DNA from: Nitrospinota bacterium
Lineage (GTDB): Bacteria > Nitrospinota > Nitrospinia > Nitrospinales > VA-1
Direction: 5' to 3'
DNA length: 64,000 nt
NCBI GenBank assembly: GCA_038108555.1
Contig: JAYNIA010000006.1
Span: 12,874-76,873 of the forward strand
The notes below the pieces were generated by a model, which was not told where the DNA came from, did not search any database, and saw only the letters and a program-made list of their open reading frames with translations. The translations under genes were made by a program, and so were the position numbers. This document shows, piece by piece, positions 57,225 to 64,000 of this stretch; the first letter of the stretch is position 1, and each line of letters starts with the position of its first letter.

Positions 57225-58033
57225 TGAGTCCCCTTTTTGAAAGCCTGGTCGTTAATAGCCTGACTATCCTTGCAGATGAGCCGGATGATTCTACTGCAAT
57301 GGTGTTGAATGAGGCTGAAACACAGGCGGAGTTGGAAGGCAACGAAAAAGCCATATATAGGCTGGACTTGAATGACAAAGAAGTCCTGCTGGAAGAACTG
57401 GAAGATTTGATGGCTTTCAATAAAACTCAAAAGGTCAAGGATCTTCGGCTGGATAAAAATGAGTTTTTTGACGAAGGGGTGGAACTGCTGGTCAATGCTC
57501 CAGCTTTAAAAAAGTTAATAACCCTTTCGCTGGCTTACAATAAACTTACCGATAGTGCTCTGAAAGCTATATCTGCATCGGAAAATATTGTGAATTTAAG
57601 GAAGCTCTTTTTGCAGGGAAACCGGATTGGTGCTGAAGGAATGAAAGCTTTAATGGCATCTGAAACGCTTTCAAATTTACAGCTTCTATATCTTAACCTC
57701 AATCCGATAGGCCCTGATGGGGCTAAAATTTTAGCGGGGCCTGGCAAAATGATGCAATTGGAAGAGCTATACCTTCAAAAAACTGGAATCGGAGAAAAGG
57801 GATTGAAAGACCTTTGTGAATCCGGAAATTTCAAAAACCTCAAGCTTCTTTCGCTGGCAGGTAACGGGCTGGATGATCATGCGGCCGAGTTGATATATCA
57901 TTCCACGGCTTTTCCTGAATTAAAAACGCTGGATTTGTACCACAATAAAATCAGCGATCAGGCAGTTGACCAACTTCGTAATTCCCCAAACCTCCCCAAG
58001 TTAACCGCTCTTCAGGCCGACTGGCGCAGTTAA
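57224..58033 (+). CDS. leucine-rich repeat protein
   Basis: Regular 27-aa repeats such as LRKLFLQGNRIGAEGMKALMASETLSN; TAATG-coupled to aroK. Confidence 0.88.
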   Translation: MSPLFESLVVNSLTILADEPDDSTAMVLNEAETQAELEGNEKAIYRLDLNDKEVLLEELEDLMAFNKTQKVKDLRLDKNEFFDEGVELLVNAPALKKLITLSLAYNKLTDSALKAISASENIVNLRKLFLQGNRIGAEGMKALMASETLSNLQLLYLNLNPIGPDGAKILAGPGKMMQLEELYLQKTGIGEKGLKDLCESGNFKNLKLLSLAGNGLDDHAAELIYHSTAFPELKTLDLYHNKISDQAVDQLRNSPNLPKLTALQADWRS

Positions 58034-58042
58034 TCCGGTTTT

Positions 58043-58672
58043 ATGGCTCAAAAACTTCCCGGGAAAAAGAGAATTCTTGCACATTTCGAAGCGAAAGACC
58101 CTGTGATGGCTTCGGTGATTCGGGAACTGGGTGCCTTTAAGTTGAGTCGTAACCTAAACTATTTTTTAGTTTTGTGTAAAGCCATTATCGCTCAGCAAAT
58201 TTCAACAAAAGCTGCGGAATCGATCACTCGCCGTTTCCAAAGTCTGTTTGAAAGTCAAAACCCAACACCTGCAAGAGTGGCAAAGATTTCTGTCTTGAAA
58301 CTCAGAAACTCGGGATTGTCAGGGCAGAAAGTAAAATACCTGAAAGACCTGGCAGCCCGATTTGAGGATGGTTCTATTCGACCCCACCGTCTCACGTATC
58401 AAACAAATGAAGAGGTGATTGAAATATTGACCGCAGTTTATGGGATCGGAACATGGACAGCAGAAATGTTCCTGATATTTTCTTTAAATCGAATGGACGT
58501 TTTGCCGGTGGGAGATCTGGGGCTCAGGGCAGGAGTAAAAAAGATATACAACATGCGCAGCTTGCCCTCTCCTAAAAGACTGCTTTCTCTGGGTAAAAAA
58601 TGGCATCCAATGGAAACTGTGGCAACGTGGTATGCTTGGCGAATACAGGATGCTGAAATTATAACTTATTAA
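58043..58672 (+). CDS. alkA: DNA-3-methyladenine glycosylase II (AlkA-like HhH-GPD)
   Basis: IIAQQISTKAA, GLSGQK, GIGTWTAEM, DVLPVGDLG. Confidence 0.9.
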   Translation: MAQKLPGKKRILAHFEAKDPVMASVIRELGAFKLSRNLNYFLVLCKAIIAQQISTKAAESITRRFQSLFESQNPTPARVAKISVLKLRNSGLSGQKVKYLKDLAARFEDGSIRPHRLTYQTNEEVIEILTAVYGIGTWTAEMFLIFSLNRMDVLPVGDLGLRAGVKKIYNMRSLPSPKRLLSLGKKWHPMETVATWYAWRIQDAEIITY

Positions 58673-58698
58673 GCTCATTAACCAGGGCAAAGACAATT

Positions 58699-59331
58699 AT
58701 GGATTTCATTGACGAAAAAATTGAAGATTATGCCTTCGATCACACCAGCTATGAAGGGGATCTGCTAAAACAATTGGAGGAAGAGACCTACGAAAAGCTG
58801 GAAATTCCACAGATGACGACCGGCAGGATCGAGGCAAGACTGCTAAAGCTGCTGGCGCGTCTGGCAAGTGCCAAACGGATATTGGAAATTGGCACCTTTG
58901 CCGGATACAGTGCCCTTTCAATGGCTGAAGCTTTGCCGGAGGGCGGGGAATTGGTGACCTGCGAAATGGACCCGGAAGCTATTGGAGTTGCAAAAAAATA
59001 CTTTAATTTAAGTCCGCATGGGAAAAAGATTACATTGATGGAGGGCCCTGCTTTGGATTCCCTGAAAAAGGTTTCAGGACCGTTTGACATGGCCTTTATT
59101 GATGCAGATAAGGAAAACTACAGCAATTATTATGAAACAATATTGCCATTGATCCGCTCTGGAGGGTTAATTGCAATCGATAATGTGTTATGGAGCGGTC
59201 GAGTGTTGGACCCGCAAGATAATTCTGACAAGGCGATCCATCAACTCAATGAACTGGTGGTAAAAGATGACAGGGTTGAGTCGGTTTTGCTTACCGTAAG
59301 AGATGGATTGAATTGTGTCATCAAAATTTAG
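58699..59331 (+). CDS. O-methyltransferase (caffeoyl-CoA/COMT family)
   Basis: LEIGTFAGYS, FIDADKENY, DNVLWSG, VRDG. Confidence 0.92.
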   Translation: MDFIDEKIEDYAFDHTSYEGDLLKQLEEETYEKLEIPQMTTGRIEARLLKLLARLASAKRILEIGTFAGYSALSMAEALPEGGELVTCEMDPEAIGVAKKYFNLSPHGKKITLMEGPALDSLKKVSGPFDMAFIDADKENYSNYYETILPLIRSGGLIAIDNVLWSGRVLDPQDNSDKAIHQLNELVVKDDRVESVLLTVRDGLNCVIKI

Positions 59332-59422
59332 CTTAGGTACCCAAGATATTGATCCCTGAGTAGGTCTGTGCTAGCGTATTGCAAATTGTTTATTTAATTT
59401 TATTTTTAGGAATTTGATCTCT

Positions 59423-59896
59423 ATGGCTGAAACACTAGGCAGTCTTGTCGATAAACTCTCAATTAAAAACTTACGGATCTGGCATCTAGATGAAGCGCTT
59501 GAACAGGAAAATGGATCGAACCAGGATGAATTAAAAGCAAAGCGCGACCTGGCAGACAAACAAAGGCAAAACCTTGTGAGCGAGATAAATGGGTTTTTGG
59601 CGGCTGCTTTAAAAGGGGAAGTGGTCATTCGTGATGAAAAAATTAAGTTGTATACCAACAAAAATGTTTCTTCATCGGATGGGATTGAAAAGCTGGGAGA
59701 AGCGGTAAGCGAGCTGGCTTTCAGAAATATCAAGCTCTGGCATTGTGAAGACGAGGTGAGGCGTACCGATTTGCCAGATGCGGAGATAGTAAAAATCAAA
59801 AGGCTGATTGATACCACCAATCAGGAACGCAATGACCTGATGGATAAGGTAGACGAGCTTCTCCAAAACCAGTCAGAGAAAACCGGGAAATCCTAA
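59423..59896 (+). CDS. DUF4254-like protein (apparently circularly permuted)
   Basis: Contains both DUF4254 half-motifs: ETLGSLVDKLSI..L.IWH and LWHCEDEVR...KRLIDTTNQERNDL. Confidence 0.75.
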   Translation: MAETLGSLVDKLSIKNLRIWHLDEALEQENGSNQDELKAKRDLADKQRQNLVSEINGFLAAALKGEVVIRDEKIKLYTNKNVSSSDGIEKLGEAVSELAFRNIKLWHCEDEVRRTDLPDAEIVKIKRLIDTTNQERNDLMDKVDELLQNQSEKTGKS

Positions 59897-60693
59897 AGGT
59901 AGGTGTCCAGCAACTCTTTCCTCTTCCGGTTATATTCTTCTTCATCCACCAGATTTTTTTCGTAAAGATCTTTTAAAAATTGTAACTTCTTTTCAAGGTC
60001 CGGGTCCGTTGGGGCTGTGTTCATTTTTTTCTCCGATCTGCTGGGTTTAGCCCTTCGAGTCCTTTTGGGTTGTTGTGGAGATGGCTCCCGGGTCATTTGA
60101 GGTTGCCTTGCTGTTTTTTTAGGTAAGATGGCTTGAATCCAGTTTTCCTGGGGGTCTGATCCGAGGAGATTTTTTACAGAATGGTAGTTTTGACCTCTTC
60201 CCGGAATCAATCTCCAATTACTTCCTCCAATGCCTATCAGGGAACGGGAAGAAAAGTCTTCTCCCTGGATAGAGAAAAATTTCCAATTTAAAACATTTCC
60301 ACTGGGAAAAACGACCCCTTCGGTAGCACCTTTGGGAGAGTCCAGTTCAAAATAAACGATTTTGTTTTTGGGGGTGTGGTTAATGGCCTTGGTGACAAGA
60401 CGTGCTGCTCGGGTTACATCTTCCGGAGTGAAAACGGGTTTCTTTTTTCCAAAAAGAGAAAGCTCTTCATATTTTAAGGAACTCAAATGGTAGCTTACTT
60501 GATCTTCAGATAGTTGGACCGAGCGCAATCGAATATTGGCTAAATCCTGTCCTGCTGCAGATTTGGCTTTATACATTATTGTCAGTCCATTTTTCTCAAA
60601 TGACTTTTCTCGAGTCATCGAGCAACTGATAGTTAGCCCTGGCAAGAGACTGGCAATCAGAAAAAAGACAATGATGCGTTTATTTATTTTCAT
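59893..60693 (-). CDS. lipoprotein with C-terminal SHOCT domain
   Basis: Lipobox TISC; C-terminal LQFLKDLYEKNLVDEEEYNRKRKELL. Confidence 0.8.
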   Translation of the reverse strand: MKINKRIIVFFLIASLLPGLTISCSMTREKSFEKNGLTIMYKAKSAAGQDLANIRLRSVQLSEDQVSYHLSSLKYEELSLFGKKKPVFTPEDVTRAARLVTKAINHTPKNKIVYFELDSPKGATEGVVFPSGNVLNWKFFSIQGEDFSSRSLIGIGGSNWRLIPGRGQNYHSVKNLLGSDPQENWIQAILPKKTARQPQMTREPSPQQPKRTRRAKPSRSEKKMNTAPTDPDLEKKLQFLKDLYEKNLVDEEEYNRKRKELLDTYL

Positions 60694-60701
60694 CCCATTA
60701 T

Positions 60702-61262
60702 TTAAAGTTTTTTTGCAACAAGAGATGCAAATGCCCGGGGGTCTTCATCCACTTCCCGGTATCTCAAGATCCGAAAATCATTGAATGCTTTTAGCAATTC
60801 ATTGTGTTCCAATACCCATTCTTTTTTAAAACTGCTGTATTTTAAATAGTCCACGTTAAACGTTTCGTAAAACAAAATGCCTCCGGACTTTAAAGTCTTG
60901 CGGATTTCCGGGAACAGCTTTCGGTCCAGAAAATTAAAACAGAGCACTAGGTCGTATTCATTTTGGGGTAAGGAGCTATTATCTAGATCGGTGCAAAGTG
61001 TTGATATCTTAACGTTTTTCTCCTTTGCGAGGTTCTGGGCTTTTGCCAGGCCTAACTCAGAAATATCCATGCAGACCACTTCATAACCCAAAGAGGCCGC
61101 AAATACGGAATTTCTTCCCTCGCCAGCGGCAATATCCAGCGCTTTTCCCTTTTTCGTGAGAAGGCAGGTGTTGGATTCAAGCCATTCACAGGGCTCTTTT
61201 CCGGTAATATAGTCGTCTTCCTTGAATTTTGAGTTCCATTTTTCCTTGTCTTTCAAAGACAT
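60702..61262 (-). CDS. class I SAM-dependent methyltransferase (TehB-like)
   Basis: DKEKWN, ALDIAAGEGRNS, FNFLDR; start at MSLKD. Confidence 0.85.
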   Translation of the reverse strand: MSLKDKEKWNSKFKEDDYITGKEPCEWLESNTCLLTKKGKALDIAAGEGRNSVFAASLGYEVVCMDISELGLAKAQNLAKEKNVKISTLCTDLDNSSLPQNEYDLVLCFNFLDRKLFPEIRKTLKSGGILFYETFNVDYLKYSSFKKEWVLEHNELLKAFNDFRILRYREVDEDPRAFASLVAKKL

Positions 61263-61363
61263 ATAAATACCTGAATTGAGGGTAAAAATGCGGTCATTAT
61301 AAGTCTGGGTCCTGGTAATAACAAGATGATCTGGAGCTTTGTTTTCAATAATTAAGGGAATTC

Positions 61364-61392
61364 TTGACATAGTCATTATTTTTTCATAAGAT
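61364..61392 (+). promoter_or_regulatory. sigma70 promoter of rplU-rpmA-obgE
   Basis: TTGACA, 17 nt, TAAGAT. Confidence 0.7.
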
Positions 61393-61464
61393 ACCCGTTT
61401 TACTTACTACCTTAACAACGGGCAAAATGCCTTGTCTACGGGTCGTTAATCAGGAGTGATGGGA

Positions 61465-61776
61465 ATGATCGCAGTGGTTCAAACGGGAGGCAAGCAATAC
61501 AAGGTCTCCGAGGGTGATGAAATCCAGGTTGAAAAGCTGGAAGGTAATATTGGGGATAGCATCAATTTAGACAAGGTCCTCATTTGTGGAGAAGGAGAGT
61601 CTGCAAAGGTGGGAACTCCTTTTGTAGAAGGTTGTTCTGTGGTTTGTGAAGTGACCGAGCAGTATCGAGATAAAAAGATAATCGTATTTAAAAAACATCG
61701 ACGAAAAAATTACCGCAGAAAAAATGGGCATCGTCAATCTATGACGCGCCTGAAAGTGACTGCGATAAACGCATAA
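61465..61776 (+). CDS. rplU: 50S ribosomal protein L21
   Basis: [23 protein letters not shown]....GHRQ; AGGAG RBS. Confidence 0.97.
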   Translation: MIAVVQTGGKQYKVSEGDEIQVEKLEGNIGDSINLDKVLICGEGESAKVGTPFVEGCSVVCEVTEQYRDKKIIVFKKHRRKNYRRKNGHRQSMTRLKVTAINA

Positions 61777-61794
61777 AACAGGGGAAAAAGGAAA

Positions 61795-62052
61795 ATGTCA
61801 CATAAAAAAGGGCAAGGAAGTACATCGAATGGTCGTGATAGTAGAGGCCAAAGACTAGGGGTTAAAAGATTTGGCGGACAGGCCGTCAAGGCAGGCGAAA
61901 TAATCGTTCGTCAACGCGGAACGCATTTTCACCCTGGCAATAATGTTGGGCTGGGCAGCGACTATACGATCTTTTCCAAAGTAGCGGGTGTTGTTAAGTT
62001 CGAACATAGAGATCGAAAAACACAAAAAATCAGTGTTTACCCGGCCAACTAG
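61795..62052 (+). CDS. rpmA: 50S ribosomal protein L27
   Basis: [29 protein letters not shown]. Confidence 0.98.
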   Translation: MSHKKGQGSTSNGRDSRGQRLGVKRFGGQAVKAGEIIVRQRGTHFHPGNNVGLGSDYTIFSKVAGVVKFEHRDRKTQKISVYPAN

Positions 62053-63162
<1,110 letters not shown>

Positions 63163-63166
63163 TCGT

Positions 63167-64000
63167 TTATTGAATCAAAAAGTCCTGGAACTTGATTTTT
63201 TTGACTCGGGTTTCGCCCTCGATTTTGTTGTTGAAGGCGGTTTGTAAACGTTTTTGCAGTTTTTCTTTTACATAAAGAATATCGTTATAAAACTTTCGCT
63301 TTAAAAACTTTTCTACCGTTTGAACCGTAATTTGTTCAAACAAGGGCAAAGCACCTTGCACTACTTTTGCTCCTGCTTCATTATCGAAAGTAATCTCTAT
63401 TGTGAAGCTGAGAACACGGATATCGTTAACATCAAATGCTACAGGCATAATGGTTGCCAGTTTTACCATTTTGGCTTCTGGAGCCAGAGCGGCTTCAAGG
63501 CCTGCAGAATCCTCTTCCACCACTTCTACGGCTTTTGCTGCTTCCGAAAGGGTATCTGATTTCTTTAATTCCTGAGCCACATCCGATTTGGTGTCTTCCT
63601 GGGTCATACCAGGAACTTCGGGTTTTTTGGGTTCTTCGGCAGCCGTCGGTTTTTGTGCAGGAGCTTCCTCCTCCGGAGCCGGCATTTTGCTTTCATCTTT
63701 TTTAGGGGTTAACCCCTCTGGTACGGCCTCTTCTGTTTTTTCAACTTCGGCAAGCTCAGGGGGTGCAAATGTTTGCATGGCAAAATAAACTCCACCTGCT
63801 GTCAGTAAAATCCCCAGAGCACCTCCAGCCAGCATCATCTTTCCGGTTCGGGTAGCTGGAACAGAAATAGGGCCGATTTTTATTCTTTCATCAGAAGATT
63901 CATCTTCGTCTTCGTCATCTTCATAGTCATCATCAGCATAGTCGTCTTCTGAAATTCCCAGTTCAGCGGCTGCAGAATCTTCATCGTCTTCCTCCTCGTC
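63167..64000 (-). CDS. fliL: FliL family protein with long acidic N-terminal region (5' end beyond window)
   Basis: Frame open to 64000 (DEEEDDEDSAAAELG...DYEDDEDEDESSDE...), one TM, Pro/Glu linker, C-terminal KEKLQKRL...FN...VKKIKFQDFLIQ typical of FliL. Confidence 0.7.
   Translation of the reverse strand, partial: DEEEDDEDSAAAELGISEDDYADDDYEDDEDEDESSDERIKIGPISVPATRTGKMMLAGGALGILLTAGGVYFAMQTFAPPELAEVEKTEEAVPEGLTPKKDESKMPAPEEEAPAQKPTAAEEPKKPEVPGMTQEDTKSDVAQELKKSDTLSEAAKAVEVVEEDSAGLEAALAPEAKMVKLATIMPVAFDVNDIRVLSFTIEITFDNEAGAKVVQGALPLFEQITVQTVEKFLKRKFYNDILYVKEKLQKRLQTAFNNKIEGETRVKKIKFQDFLIQ

Noticed and set aside
56717..57430. Long antisense ORF (237 aa) and other overlapping track ORFs such as 31422-31925, 21556-22110, 59371-59820 and 62131-62586
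   Set aside because: They are shadows of well-supported genes on the opposite strand or in another frame, with no recognisable motifs.
61393..61464. Structured ribosomal-protein leader upstream of rplU (ACCCGT/ACGGGT pairing)
   Set aside because: Only a 6-bp helix is evident; it cannot be supported without covariation analysis.

Overview
Bacterial chromosomal window, moderately AT-rich (roughly 40-45% GC by eye), densely coding, standard genetic code 11. The gene repertoire (many TPR/Sel1/LRR proteins, a multiheme cytochrome c, FliL) resembles marine Nitrospinota-like genomes; this is inference only. Contents in order: partial lhgO; an HDOD gene broken by an in-frame TGA; a J-domain/MORN fusion; a surface-glycan locus (rmlBAD without rmlC, two GT2s, a WecA/MraY-like transferase, a WbiB-like epimerase, two GT-C+TPR membrane proteins); an FGE-fold protein; fadD; an RND pair; tRNA-Ala(GGC); a mosaic accessory block (DgkA, HpnL-like flippase, a third GT-C+TPR protein, antiporter, nitroreductase, Sel1 pair); glycogen genes (glgB, GH57, malQ, glgP); transporters; a cold-shock gene; malic enzyme; MMPL; a sigma54-driven orphan; a triheme cytochrome; coaX; LRR proteins; aroK-alkA-O-methyltransferase; rplU-rpmA-obgE; partial FliL. 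Best novelty candidates: (1) a TusA-fold gene lacking the catalytic Cys whose 3' UTR folds into a long, strand-specific hairpin presenting an anti-Shine-Dalgarno loop (possible protein+sRNA regulatory module); (2) a putative bacterial TMTC-like protein glycosylation system; (3) a circularly permuted DUF4254 protein. No CRISPR array, integrase, transposase or reverse transcriptase was seen. Family assignments are from motif recognition, not database searches.
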